A stretch of 64,000 nucleotides of DNA from the NCBI RefSeq assembly GCF_943912825.1, contig NZ_CALTUX010000004.1:2476-66475 (forward strand). Reading direction: 5' to 3'. Position 1 is the stretch's first letter. Every line of letters begins with the position of its first letter. The notes beneath the pieces are model-generated. The model saw only the letters and a list, made by a program, of their open reading frames with translations, did not search any database and had not been told where the DNA came from. Positions 10,167-19,688 of the stretch are shown piece by piece. Source of the DNA: an uncultured Anaerococcus sp. GTDB lineage: Bacteria; Bacillota; Clostridia; Tissierellales; Peptoniphilaceae. The translations under genes and the position numbers were made by a program.

Positions 10167-11702
10167 CTATTTATTGTTCCAAGCGTCTAGTTGTTTTTGA
10201 ACTTCTTCTATTACCTTGTCTATTCCTGCTGTATTTAGTTTTTCTAGGAATTCGTCATAATAGCTTTCATCGAAGGCACCAGTTTTTAGGTTGATGGTGT
10301 ATTCGTTTACTGATTGTTGGATGTTTGCTATTTCTGTTGCGATGTTACTTTCATCTAGGGTGAAGCCAAGAACTGGAGATGGTGCTAGTCTTTCTTCAAA
10401 TTCTTTTGCTTCCTTGTCAAATTCTTCATCGCCGATTCCAGGTGCGCCATCTAGTGGTGTTCTATTTAGTGCTGATAGGAAGGTAAAGGCTGGTACGTCA
10501 TAGTCATTGTCGATACCGTCAGCTTCTTTGTTGTGTTTTACAACCTTGCCGTCTTTGTATTCGAAGTTTTTGCCTTCTATACCATAGCATAACATATCTT
10601 GTAATTTCTTATCTGTGAACATTCTGTTGATAAAGTCCATGGCAAGTTCTGCCTTGTCAGATTGAGAGTTGATTGATACCATCTTACCTTGGGCCTTGTC
10701 ATTTGATACTACTATCTTTTCACCTACTATGTTTGATACTACATCATTACGTGGAGCTACTGACCAGATTGCTGCTGATCCTGGTTCTCCTTCACCTTCT
10801 GTTAGAAGTACTTCATTTTCTGGCATTACTGTTCCAGGTTCAACTTGTGGTGCAGATGGTGAAATATAGCCATTATCCATGTATTCTTTCATCTTCATGA
10901 TTTGTTCTTTGAATAGGTCTGCTGAATAGCGGTTGTAGGCTACAAGTTTGCCATTTTCTTCTTTTACAGCTACACCGTCAGTTACTAGGTATTCTGGTTC
11001 TGGCATGGCAAATAAGAAGTCTTTTGATACGCCAAATGGATATTGCATGCCTTCTTTTTCTTTTACTTCTTTAAAGATTGGTTCTAATTCTGTGATGTTT
11101 TTGATGTTTTTGTAGTCTATGTTGTATTTCTCAACCATGGACTTTGTCCATACAAATTGGTTGGCTGCTACTACACCTGGATAAGCTGCAGGTATACCGT
11201 AGATTTTATCATTCATGCTTACGCCTTTTAGCATGTCTGGGTTGATTAGGTCTACAAATTCTTTTCCCTTCATTAATTCTGTTAGATCCATTAGAGCATT
11301 TTGAGATACTAGAGTCTTATATGGGCCTGCCCAGCTTGCTGTGAAGGCTAAATCCCAATCTTCACCTGTTGATGACGCTAGTTGAAGTCTTTGTTCATAG
11401 TCACCCCAATCGTAGAATACTAGGTTTAGGTGGTAACCTGCTTTTTGTTCATCTAGGTATTCGTTGATTTTTGCTACAGTTTCTTCTGTACCTGCTTGTG
11501 GGGTACCGATGTTAAGATAGGTTAGGGTTGGAATGTCACCTGTTTCAGTTTCCTTTGCCTTATCGTCCTTTTTTTCTGCAGTTTCTGTTGTTTCTGTCTT
11601 TTTTGTTTCTTCTGCTGGCTTTTCATTGTTTCCACATGCTGAAATTCCTAAAGCGAGCATTAGTGCCATTGATGTGTAAGCAAATTTTTTAACTAAATTC
11701 AT
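10167..11702 (-). CDS. ABC transporter extracellular solute-binding lipoprotein (large LplA-type, family 1)
   Basis: Lipobox ALGISAC. 511 aa. Followed by LplB/LplC-type permeases. Confidence 0.8.
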   Translation of the reverse strand: MNLVKKFAYTSMALMLALGISACGNNEKPAEETKKTETTETAEKKDDKAKETETGDIPTLTYLNIGTPQAGTEETVAKINEYLDEQKAGYHLNLVFYDWGDYEQRLQLASSTGEDWDLAFTASWAGPYKTLVSQNALMDLTELMKGKEFVDLINPDMLKGVSMNDKIYGIPAAYPGVVAANQFVWTKSMVEKYNIDYKNIKNITELEPIFKEVKEKEGMQYPFGVSKDFLFAMPEPEYLVTDGVAVKEENGKLVAYNRYSADLFKEQIMKMKEYMDNGYISPSAPQVEPGTVMPENEVLLTEGEGEPGSAAIWSVAPRNDVVSNIVGEKIVVSNDKAQGKMVSINSQSDKAELAMDFINRMFTDKKLQDMLCYGIEGKNFEYKDGKVVKHNKEADGIDNDYDVPAFTFLSALNRTPLDGAPGIGDEEFDKEAKEFEERLAPSPVLGFTLDESNIATEIANIQQSVNEYTINLKTGAFDESYYDEFLEKLNTAGIDKVIEEVQKQLDAWNNK

Positions 11703-11720
11703 AATCTCCTCCTTAATGAA

Positions 11721-12644
11721 TTATTCTTTTACTGCTCCAAGTGTTAGGCCACTGATGAAGTATCTTTGGAAGAATGGATAGGTTATGGCAATTGGCGCTG
11801 TTGTTATAACTACTATGGCCATTCTCAAAGTCTCCTGTGGCAAGGTTTTCATTGCTTGATTGGCTACACCTCCTATTTGGCTACCTCTTGATGCGAGGAA
11901 GGCCGTTGAATTTTGTACTCTTATTAACAGGTATTGGACTGGTATCTTGTTTAAGTCATCTATATAAAGCATAGCATTATACCAATCATTCCAATAACCT
12001 AGTGTTAAAAATAGTCCGATTGTGGCAAGGACTGGCAAAGATAGGGGTAGGACGATTTTGAAAAATATCTGAAATTCGTTGGCCCCGTCTATGGTTGCCG
12101 CCTCTATTAGGGCATTTGGGATGGACGTTTGGAAAAATGTCCTCATTATTATTATGTTAAAGGTACCTAGAAGTAGGGGCAAGATTAGGGCCCACACTGA
12201 GTTTCTAAGGCCTAAAAACTGAGTCATTACTAAATAGCTTGCTACAAGTCCGCCTGAAAAAAGCATGGGAATTGTAGAAACTTTTGTGAAAAATCCCTTA
12301 AATTCAAAGTCATCTCTGGATAGGGCGTAGGCATAAAGGGTTGTCAAGGATAGGGCAAGGATTACACCTACCACTGTTATAAAGATTGACACCTTATAGG
12401 CCTGAATTATAGATGATCCTGACCTAAAGATTAGCTTGTATGCATCAAAGCTTATCTTTTCAGGAAATAAGCTATATCCGTTTGTCGCAAGTGTTGCCTC
12501 ATCTGTAATTGATATGACAAATACAAATAAGAAGGGCAAGATTGCCGAAATGGTCAAAAATATCAAATATATATTTAGGCCGATATTGCTAGCCCTAGAC
12601 ACTTCCAAGGGATCATAATGCTTTTTCTTTTTTATTTCTTGCAT
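11721..12644 (-). CDS. carbohydrate ABC transporter permease (LplC/YtcP-like)
   Basis: Six TM segments with the EAA-like loop IEAATIDGANEFQIFFKIVLP. Confidence 0.85.
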   Translation of the reverse strand: MQEIKKKKHYDPLEVSRASNIGLNIYLIFLTISAILPFLFVFVISITDEATLATNGYSLFPEKISFDAYKLIFRSGSSIIQAYKVSIFITVVGVILALSLTTLYAYALSRDDFEFKGFFTKVSTIPMLFSGGLVASYLVMTQFLGLRNSVWALILPLLLGTFNIIIMRTFFQTSIPNALIEAATIDGANEFQIFFKIVLPLSLPVLATIGLFLTLGYWNDWYNAMLYIDDLNKIPVQYLLIRVQNSTAFLASRGSQIGGVANQAMKTLPQETLRMAIVVITTAPIAITYPFFQRYFISGLTLGAVKE

Positions 12645-12653
12645 AATATCCTC

Positions 12654-13655
12654 CTAGAATAGGGACCTTTGTGGGTCGTATCTCTTGACTAGCTTATTGG
12701 CTCCAATTATTAAGATTGCTCCTACAGCTGATTGCAAGAGTGAAACTGCTGATGATAGGCCTATATCTCCATTTTTCATAAGGGCCCTAAATACATAGGT
12801 ATCGATTACGTTTGTAACAGCATAAAGTGGTCCAGAATCTCTTGGCACCTGGTAGAATAAACCAAAGTCTGCCCTAAAGATATTTGCCAGACTCATTATA
12901 AATAAAACTGTCACAACTGGCTTAAGCATTGGGATTGTGATGTATTTAATCTGCTCCCACTTACTGGCTCCGTCCATAACCGCCGCCTCGTAATATGTCT
13001 TATCGATTCCTGATAGGGCTGAAAGATAGACTACGGTGTTGTAGCCTAGGCCCTTCCAAGCATTGACAATTACCAAGAACACTGGCCACCAGGTCTTAGT
13101 GGTGTACCAATTTATATTTCTTCCACCAAATTTGGTGATAAGGGCATTTAGAAGACCCTTATCTGGTGATAAAAATGCAAATACTGCATAAGAAATAACT
13201 ACCCATGACAAAAAGTAAGGCAAAAAGAGGGAAGTTTGGTAAAACTTCGCAGCCTTCCTATTTAATAGTTCATGGAGGGCAATAGCTGTAAACATTGCAA
13301 GAACAATGTTTACAACTATGAAGGTAGCATTGTACAAAATTGTATTTCTTATGATCACCCAAGCGTCGTTGGATTTAAAGAAGAACTTGAAGTTATCAAG
13401 ACCAATCCAATCGCTGTGGTAGAGATTGTAAAAGAAATTTTTAGAAAATACCTTATAATTTTTAAAGGGGATGATTACCCCAAACATTGGCAGATAGCTC
13501 ATTATGGCAAACCAGATGAAACCTGGCAGGCAAAAGGCCATCAGAGGTAGGTTCTTTTTAAATCTTTGGCTAAATGGTTTTTTGGCCTTTTTCTTTCTTT
13601 CTTTTAATTCTTTTTGGTCAAGGACCTTAGGCTGGCCCAAATTATTATTATCCAT
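12654..13655 (-). CDS. carbohydrate ABC transporter permease (LplB-like)
   Basis: Polytopic membrane protein with the EAA loop YEAAVMDGASKWEQIKYITIP. Confidence 0.85.
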   Translation of the reverse strand: MDNNNLGQPKVLDQKELKERKKKAKKPFSQRFKKNLPLMAFCLPGFIWFAIMSYLPMFGVIIPFKNYKVFSKNFFYNLYHSDWIGLDNFKFFFKSNDAWVIIRNTILYNATFIVVNIVLAMFTAIALHELLNRKAAKFYQTSLFLPYFLSWVVISYAVFAFLSPDKGLLNALITKFGGRNINWYTTKTWWPVFLVIVNAWKGLGYNTVVYLSALSGIDKTYYEAAVMDGASKWEQIKYITIPMLKPVVTVLFIMSLANIFRADFGLFYQVPRDSGPLYAVTNVIDTYVFRALMKNGDIGLSSAVSLLQSAVGAILIIGANKLVKRYDPQRSLF

Positions 13656-13666
13656 TTTAACCTTCC

Positions 13667-14308
13667 TTATAAGTTTTTAACTTTACTTTGGTTTATAAAA
13701 TTGCCCATAAATCCCATAATTATCACCAAGACATAGGTCCAAAGAGAATTTTTTATCATAAGCTCTTCGATCAGACCCCAAATCAGGCAAATAATTATAG
13801 CATATAGGGGATATTTTAAAGCAAGTAGGGCTGAATTTTTGATAGTTTCCACAAAGCCCAGCTCTTTTCTAAAGGCCCTTTGGAGGATGGTATAAAAAAT
13901 TATATTTCTAAAGGCTAGGCTTAAAAATATCCTAAGGATAAAAAGACCTAAGACCTCATTTTCCAAAATCCTCAAAGAATCACAGGAGTAAAAATATAGA
14001 CTAAGCAAAAGGCAATAAGTCGCATATTTTTTGATGGGCCTAGTAGAAAAAAGCTCTTTAAAATATGGTCTATAAAATGATTTTTGATTTACAAATACAT
14101 TCCTCGTTCCTATAAAGGCCCTTTCTATAGCAAGGCCTAAAAGTCCTATAAGGGGCACAAATAGGAAAATATAGGAGATGAGGCTTCTATCTATCAAAAG
14201 ATTTATCAAAATTATAGGCAAAAGGATCAAACTTGTGTAGACTAGGGAAAGAAAAATAAATATTATTATCTCCCCAAGGCTTCCAAGGGATTTTGCTAAG
14301 GACTCCAT
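13667..14308 (-). CDS. YesL-like (DUF624) integral membrane protein
   Basis: 213 aa, 4-5 TM segments. Its position next to the LplABC-type transporter mirrors Bacillus yesL. Confidence 0.45.
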   Translation of the reverse strand: MESLAKSLGSLGEIIIFIFLSLVYTSLILLPIILINLLIDRSLISYIFLFVPLIGLLGLAIERAFIGTRNVFVNQKSFYRPYFKELFSTRPIKKYATYCLLLSLYFYSCDSLRILENEVLGLFILRIFLSLAFRNIIFYTILQRAFRKELGFVETIKNSALLALKYPLYAIIICLIWGLIEELMIKNSLWTYVLVIIMGFMGNFINQSKVKNL

Positions 14309-15399
14309 CAGATAATTCTCATAGTTGTGCCTTTATCAAAAAGGTGGATTTCATCAAGGTTGATATCTAGATTTATCTCATCGTGCTTGTCGACTCCCTT
14401 AAACTTGCCCTGGACTTTGACTGCTATTTGGCTAGCAGCTTCTTCAGCTTGGGCATAAAGGATTGACTCATCACCGAGCATTTCAATGTTTTCTATGACA
14501 GCCTTTATTGATTTTCCGCTTTTTTCATCAAGATTTACGGCAAAGGACTCTGGCCTTATGCCAATGATTATTTCCTTGCCTTCATAAGGCTTGATGGCTT
14601 CTTTCTGGGCATCATTTACAGGGATTTCTTCCTTGCCTATTGTAATTTTGCCTCCGGCCACCCTTCCGTTGAAGAAGTTCATTGGAGGAGAGCCGATAAA
14701 GTTTGCAACAAAGATATTAGCAGGCTTATCATAGATTTCTTCTGGAGTGCCCACTTGTTGCATATAGCCATCTTTCATTACGACTATCCTTGTAGCCATG
14801 GACATAGCTTCAGTTTGGTCGTGGGTTACATAGATTGTGGTTGTATCAAGCTGGTCGTGGATTTTGGAGATTTCTGTCCTCATCTGGACCCTAAGCTTGG
14901 CATCGAGGTTAGATAAAGGCTCATCCATAAGGAAAATATTGGCCTCCCTAACTATGGCTCGACCCAGGGCTACCCTTTGTCTTTGACCACCTGAAAGGGC
15001 CGCAGGCTTTCTGTCTAGGTAGTCTTTTAGCTCTAGCATCTCAGCAGCCTTTTCGACCTTTTTCTTAATCTCAGCCTTGTCTACCTTTTGTAGTTTTAGA
15101 CCAAAGGCCATATTGTCAAAGACTGTCATGTGGGGATAGAGGGCGTAGTTTTGGAAAACCATTGCAATATTCCTATCTTTAGGGCTCACCTCATTCATAA
15201 GCTCGCCGTCTATGTAAAGATTTCCGCCAGAAATCTCTTCAAGACCGGCTATCATCCTAAGGGTTGTGGACTTGCCACAACCAGATGGGCCTACAAAAAC
15301 TATGAATTCTTTATCTTCAATATCCAAATTGAAGTCAAATACCGCTTGGACACCATTTGGATAGATTTTGTCAATGTGCTCTAATTTTAAATTAGCCAT
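14308..15399 (-). CDS. sugar ABC transporter ATP-binding protein (MsmK/MalK/UgpC type), paralogue 1 of 3
   Basis: Walker A GPSGCGKST, signature LSGGQRQR, Walker B FLMDEPLSNLD, C-terminal TOBE domain. Confidence 0.9.
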   Translation of the reverse strand: MANLKLEHIDKIYPNGVQAVFDFNLDIEDKEFIVFVGPSGCGKSTTLRMIAGLEEISGGNLYIDGELMNEVSPKDRNIAMVFQNYALYPHMTVFDNMAFGLKLQKVDKAEIKKKVEKAAEMLELKDYLDRKPAALSGGQRQRVALGRAIVREANIFLMDEPLSNLDAKLRVQMRTEISKIHDQLDTTTIYVTHDQTEAMSMATRIVVMKDGYMQQVGTPEEIYDKPANIFVANFIGSPPMNFFNGRVAGGKITIGKEEIPVNDAQKEAIKPYEGKEIIIGIRPESFAVNLDEKSGKSIKAVIENIEMLGDESILYAQAEEAASQIAVKVQGKFKGVDKHDEINLDINLDEIHLFDKGTTMRII

Positions 15400-15545
15400 A
15401 TTTTCTCCTTTTCTCGTATGAAAAGGATTTTCTTATAGATATATCCCTTTCTTCTAAATATTATTTTATAACATTTGCATAAAAAATGCAAGTAAGTGGC
15501 ACAATAATCACATTTTCATAATTTTTATGCAAGAGCTTCGAATTA

Positions 15546-15559
15546 TGAAAATATTTTCA
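15546..15559. promoter_or_regulatory. 14-bp palindrome TGAAAATATTTTCA in the promoter region of the msmK-permease-SBP operon
   Basis: Identical to the copy at 10004-10017. It lies 147 bp upstream of the msmK start. Confidence 0.45.
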
Positions 15560-15609
15560 TTTTTTATCTCGGAAAATGTTTTACCTAAGTAAAAGGCAAA
15601 ATAGACAAA

Positions 15610-15642
15610 AAAAGATAGGCCAGATGAGTGGTCTATCTATTA
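15610..15642 (-). terminator. putative rho-independent terminator downstream of manA
   Basis: Hairpin agatag...ctatct, followed by a T-run on the minus strand. Confidence 0.45.
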
Positions 15643-15769
15643 AGCTCTTAGCTTTAATTTTCTTTCTACATACCTTTTTTCGACTAAGCGAGCAAAGCGA
15701 GAACATGAAGAAATCTATTTAGTTTTCTTATCTTTATATTTGGGTATTTAGAAAATCATGCCTAAATCT

Positions 15770-16708
15770 TTATTCCACAGGGTTTGACTCAACAAGGGTC
15801 ATCTGGCCCTTAAATTCATAAGATTTAGCTTCATTTGTAATTATAAAGAAATCTCCCCTCTTGAGTGGGTAAGTCTTGCCATCTACTAGGACCTCTCCCT
15901 GGCCAGCTACCACAAACTCTAAAAGGTAAGGCTTAGTCCTTTCTAGTTTAGCAGAAGTCTTTATGGTCATTTCCCTTACTTCAAAATATTCATTGGCTGT
16001 AAGGATTCTTAGGCCATAGCCGTCTTTTTCTTCTACTACGATCTTATCTTCATTTTCAATAATCTTGATGGCTTCCTTGGATTCTTCTAGGTGGAGATCT
16101 CTTAAATTTCCATCATCATCTCTCCTGTCATAGTCATAGAGTCTGTAGGTGATGTCTGATGCTTGTTGGATTTCTAGGATTAGAGATCCCTTTTTTATGG
16201 CATGGACGGTGCCGCTTCTTACAAAGAAGAAATCACCTAATTTTGTTGGAACTTCCTTTAAAAGGTCATCCCATTTTCTCTCATCGATTAATTTGATGGC
16301 TTCTTCTTTACTATCTACATTTAAACCATAGATGATAGAAGCTGGGTCCTCATTTAAAATATACCAGCACTCAGTCTTGCCCCTTCCGCCATGAAGCCTT
16401 GCTGCCATCTCATCATCTGGGTGGACTTGTATTGAAAGGTCATCACCTGCATCTATTAGCTTTACTAAAAGTGGGAATTCTTCTTCTTTGGGATGACCAA
16501 AAAGTTCTTTGTAATCTTTATAAACTTCCCTTAAATTTTTACCTGCTAATTCTCCATTAGTTATGACTGAGCTTTCGCCAGCCATGCCTGAAATCCCCCA
16601 ATATTCTCCGACCTTGCCATCTGATACATCAAGCTTAAAGACAGTCTTTAACTTGTCTCCGCCCCAGATTTTTTCACGATAGTCGCCTTTTAAAAATAAT
16701 ACTTTCAT
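15770..16708 (-). CDS. manA: mannose-6-phosphate isomerase, class I
   Basis: KIWGGDKL N-terminus, QVHPDD and ECWYIL cupin metal-binding motifs. 312 aa. Confidence 0.85.
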   Translation of the reverse strand: MKVLFLKGDYREKIWGGDKLKTVFKLDVSDGKVGEYWGISGMAGESSVITNGELAGKNLREVYKDYKELFGHPKEEEFPLLVKLIDAGDDLSIQVHPDDEMAARLHGGRGKTECWYILNEDPASIIYGLNVDSKEEAIKLIDERKWDDLLKEVPTKLGDFFFVRSGTVHAIKKGSLILEIQQASDITYRLYDYDRRDDDGNLRDLHLEESKEAIKIIENEDKIVVEEKDGYGLRILTANEYFEVREMTIKTSAKLERTKPYLLEFVVAGQGEVLVDGKTYPLKRGDFFIITNEAKSYEFKGQMTLVESNPVE

Positions 16709-16714
16709 CTCTAC

Positions 16715-17599
16715 CTACCTTATGTTTTCAAGTATCCTAAGTGTCTCTTGGATGTGGGAATCGCCTAGGTTATTTATATCGCTATAAGGCACTCCCATTA
16801 CTACTACAATATATTCCTTATTATCCTTTACCGCTAGGGTCGCCCAGCAAAGACCAGCATTATCGGTTGTTCCTGACTTACCTCCGATTATTTCAAAGCC
16901 ATTTTGATGGTAATCTTTAAGGTGCTTAAAGATTGTCGATTCTACATAGACCCCATTTGGGTGATCGGCTGTAGGAGTGGTTTGAAATTCTCTTTTTGTA
17001 AAGATTGCCCTGAAATTTCCATCATTAAGGCTATCTTTTATAAGCATGGCACAGTCCTTGGCTGACTGGTAATTTTCCGGGTCATCCATCCCATCGGCAT
17101 TGGCGTAAGATGTCTGCTTGAGGCCAAGAGCCCTGGCTTCATCATTCATCATCTGGACAAAATCTCCCATGGCCCCTGCCACATTTATGGCAAGAGAATC
17201 TGCCGCCTCCCCTGCTGAAGCCAGCATAGTCGCATAGAGAAGGTCCCTGTAGGTGGTAGGTTCCCCTCCCACAAAGCCTGCCATTGAGGCATTCATATTG
17301 ACAGCCCTCTGGTAGGCCCCCACATCAATCGGGGCAAGGCCTGCCAGGTCGTCTATATGCTTTAGGGCAACCCTTACAGTCATTATCTTAGTAAGGGATG
17401 CCATTGGCAAGGTCATGTTCTCATTTTTGGCTAAAACCTCCTTATCATCAGTCAAATTGTAAACATAAACTGCCTTTGATATATACTTGTCATTTTCAAT
17501 CTTTTTTCTAATCCTAAGGCCTAGGTAGGCTCCTAGGACCAAAAGCAAGATAATAATAAATAAATTTCTAATCTTTCTCATAAGTCTATTGTACACCAT
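16715..17599 (-). CDS. D-alanyl-D-alanine carboxypeptidase (peptidase S11) with N-terminal membrane anchor
   Basis: SxxK motif ASLTKIMT, SxN-like ASAGEAADS, K(S/T)G motif GGKSGTT. Confidence 0.7.
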   Translation of the reverse strand: MVYNRLMRKIRNLFIIILLLVLGAYLGLRIRKKIENDKYISKAVYVYNLTDDKEVLAKNENMTLPMASLTKIMTVRVALKHIDDLAGLAPIDVGAYQRAVNMNASMAGFVGGEPTTYRDLLYATMLASAGEAADSLAINVAGAMGDFVQMMNDEARALGLKQTSYANADGMDDPENYQSAKDCAMLIKDSLNDGNFRAIFTKREFQTTPTADHPNGVYVESTIFKHLKDYHQNGFEIIGGKSGTTDNAGLCWATLAVKDNKEYIVVVMGVPYSDINNLGDSHIQETLRILENIR

Positions 17600-17717
17600 C
17601 TTTTATTTTTTCTTAATTAAATATTTTGTAAGCATAGCTTAGCTTTCTTTAAAAATTTATAAAATAATCTTGAAAGATACTTGCAATTGATTATTTCTAT
17701 CAGATAGTAATAAAGAG

Positions 17718-18596
17718 GTGAAAAAAATGAAAGATATAATAATTATTGGAGCAGGCCCTGCCGGTGTAAGCGCTGCCTTATATGCAAAGGCTCGTGGCAA
17801 GGACCTACTTTTACTAGAAAAAGATAGGGTAGGTGGCCTTATTAGCCATGTTTCCAAAGTTAGTCATTATGCTAGCCTTGCCGATAATGAATCAGGCGAG
17901 GAATTTTCACAAAAACTAAAAGACCAACTCGCCTTTTCTAATATCGATGTAACTTATGAAGAATGCCTATCTATAGAGAAAAAGGACGACTATTTCCTCG
18001 TCAAAACTGACAAAAATACCTATGAGGGCAAAAAGCTAATCTATGCTACAGGATCTCATCTTAAGGACCTAGCCATAGACTACAAGGGCTTTGATGTCAA
18101 ACATTGGCCTTATGGCAATGAAGAAAGCCTTAAGGGAAAGACTGTAATTGTAAATGGTGGATCAGATGGAGCAAGTAAGGAAGCGCTCTATATAGCCAAA
18201 TTTGCCAAGGAAGTTCACATTGTCCAAAACCAAGATTCCCTAATGTGCATTGACGAATTTAAAAAGCAAATCGAGGCATCAGATAAAATAAAAGTCCACA
18301 CAGGAACAAGCCTTAAGGACCTAGAAATAAAAGATAATAAGTGTGTGAAAGCTATCTTAGAAGATTGCGAGATTTGCGATGAAAACGGCATAGAAATCTA
18401 TGTTCAAATCGGCCAAAATGGCTCTACAGACCTCATAAAAGACCTTGCAAATGTCAAAAATACCTTCCTTGATGAAGAAATTTCATCTCAAGTCGATGGC
18501 CTATATTTTGCAGGCGATGTAAGAATTAAAGATGTAAAACAAATAGCAACAGCAGTAGCTGACGGAACCCTTGCAGGAATTAGAGCAAGCAAGTAA
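17718..18596 (+). CDS. thioredoxin-reductase-like FAD/NAD(P)-dependent oxidoreductase lacking the CxxC redox motif
   Basis: FAD motif IIIGAGPAGVSAALYA, NAD(P) motif VNGGSDGASKEALY, C-terminal FAD motif LYFAGDV. The position of the TrxB CATC is occupied by HWPY. Confidence 0.7.
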   Translation: MKKMKDIIIIGAGPAGVSAALYAKARGKDLLLLEKDRVGGLISHVSKVSHYASLADNESGEEFSQKLKDQLAFSNIDVTYEECLSIEKKDDYFLVKTDKNTYEGKKLIYATGSHLKDLAIDYKGFDVKHWPYGNEESLKGKTVIVNGGSDGASKEALYIAKFAKEVHIVQNQDSLMCIDEFKKQIEASDKIKVHTGTSLKDLEIKDNKCVKAILEDCEICDENGIEIYVQIGQNGSTDLIKDLANVKNTFLDEEISSQVDGLYFAGDVRIKDVKQIATAVADGTLAGIRASK

Positions 18597-18599
18597 GAC

Positions 18600-18632
18600 C
18601 TACCCCTTTCAGTCGAAAGGGGATTTTTTTGC
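18600..18632 (+). terminator. rho-independent terminator
   Basis: cccctttc-agtc-gaaagggg hairpin followed by TTTTTTT. Confidence 0.8.
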
Positions 18633-18699
18633 CCAAAAATCGGGACATTTTTCTCATTTTTGCTATATATAAGCAGACTTAAATATCAAAGGAGATCTT

Positions 18700-19500
18700 A
18701 TGACCAAAACTTATTACACAATTTTACCAGCAGATGTTAGGTATGATAAAAGATTATTAGCAAATGAGAAAATTATATATTCAGAAATCCTGGCCCTAGC
18801 CCAAAAAAAGGGCTATTGCCATGCGACAAATGCCTATTTTGCAGAAGCCTTGTCCACAACTGTCACCTCAGTTTCAAAATGGATCAATAAGCTAATCAAG
18901 CTTTCTTATATAAGAGTCGAATACAAATACAGAGAAAATACCAAGTGCATCGAAGAAAGAAGGCTTTTTGTAAATGATTTAGAAAATGAAGATCCTACAA
19001 GCGGCCTTAAAGAGGATATGAAAGAAGATTTAAAGGGCCCTCTTCAAGGAGACTTGAGGGAGGGTCTTGAAGGAGACTTAAAGGATAATAAGACAAGTAT
19101 TAATAATACAAGTATGAATAAGACTAAGACACCCATAGATATTTGGAATGATTTGGGTGGAAAGATTTCAAAAATTACTGACGCTGACAAATACCAAGCA
19201 AGGCTAAAGTCCCTAATCAAAACTTATGGGAATGAGGATATAATTTCCACAATCAAGTCCATAGACAAAAGCAAGTTCCTAAAGGGCGAAGTGGGCCATT
19301 TTGTTATTAGCTTTACTTATTTTTTAAATAATTATGAAAAAATTAGGTCAGGGGCCTATGACGATTGGGATAAGACAGATAGGCACAAAGGCCTGGGGGA
19401 AATTTCCAAATCACAAGCAGAAAACCCATCCCTAGCCCAGCTAGCCAGGGCCAGGAGGCTGGCTAGGATGAGGGGTAAGGGTATGCTTGCAGGCTTTTAG
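18700..19500 (+). CDS. phage replisome-organizer-like / replication-initiator N-terminal domain protein (solitary phage-derived gene)
   Basis: N-terminus YTILPADVRYDKRLLANEKIIYSEILALAQKKGYCHATNAYFAEALSTTVTSVSKWINKL resembles the winged-helix replisome organizer domain. There are no neighbouring phage genes. Confidence 0.45.
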   Translation: MTKTYYTILPADVRYDKRLLANEKIIYSEILALAQKKGYCHATNAYFAEALSTTVTSVSKWINKLIKLSYIRVEYKYRENTKCIEERRLFVNDLENEDPTSGLKEDMKEDLKGPLQGDLREGLEGDLKDNKTSINNTSMNKTKTPIDIWNDLGGKISKITDADKYQARLKSLIKTYGNEDIISTIKSIDKSKFLKGEVGHFVISFTYFLNNYEKIRSGAYDDWDKTDRHKGLGEISKSQAENPSLAQLARARRLARMRGKGMLAGF

Positions 19501-19688
19501 AAAATTTTAAAAATTAAATATATCCTCTCCCTCTGTCATTCTGACTAACAAAGTGAGGAAGAATCCCATAAATAAGGACTTTGTTTTTCGATATGGTAAT
19601 TTAGCCAGAGTAAAAGCCAAAGACCTCTAGGCTTTAAATAATTTTAGCTTTGCATAATAAAAGAGCCCCTAAGGACTCTTTAAAGCTT

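Noticed and set aside
9869-15559. Interpretation of the TGAAAAYATTTTCA palindromes as CcpA catabolite-responsive elements (cre).
   Set aside because: The cre consensus (WTGNAANCGNWNNCW) requires a central CG. These sites are TA- or CA-centred, so they are more likely the operator of a local regulator.
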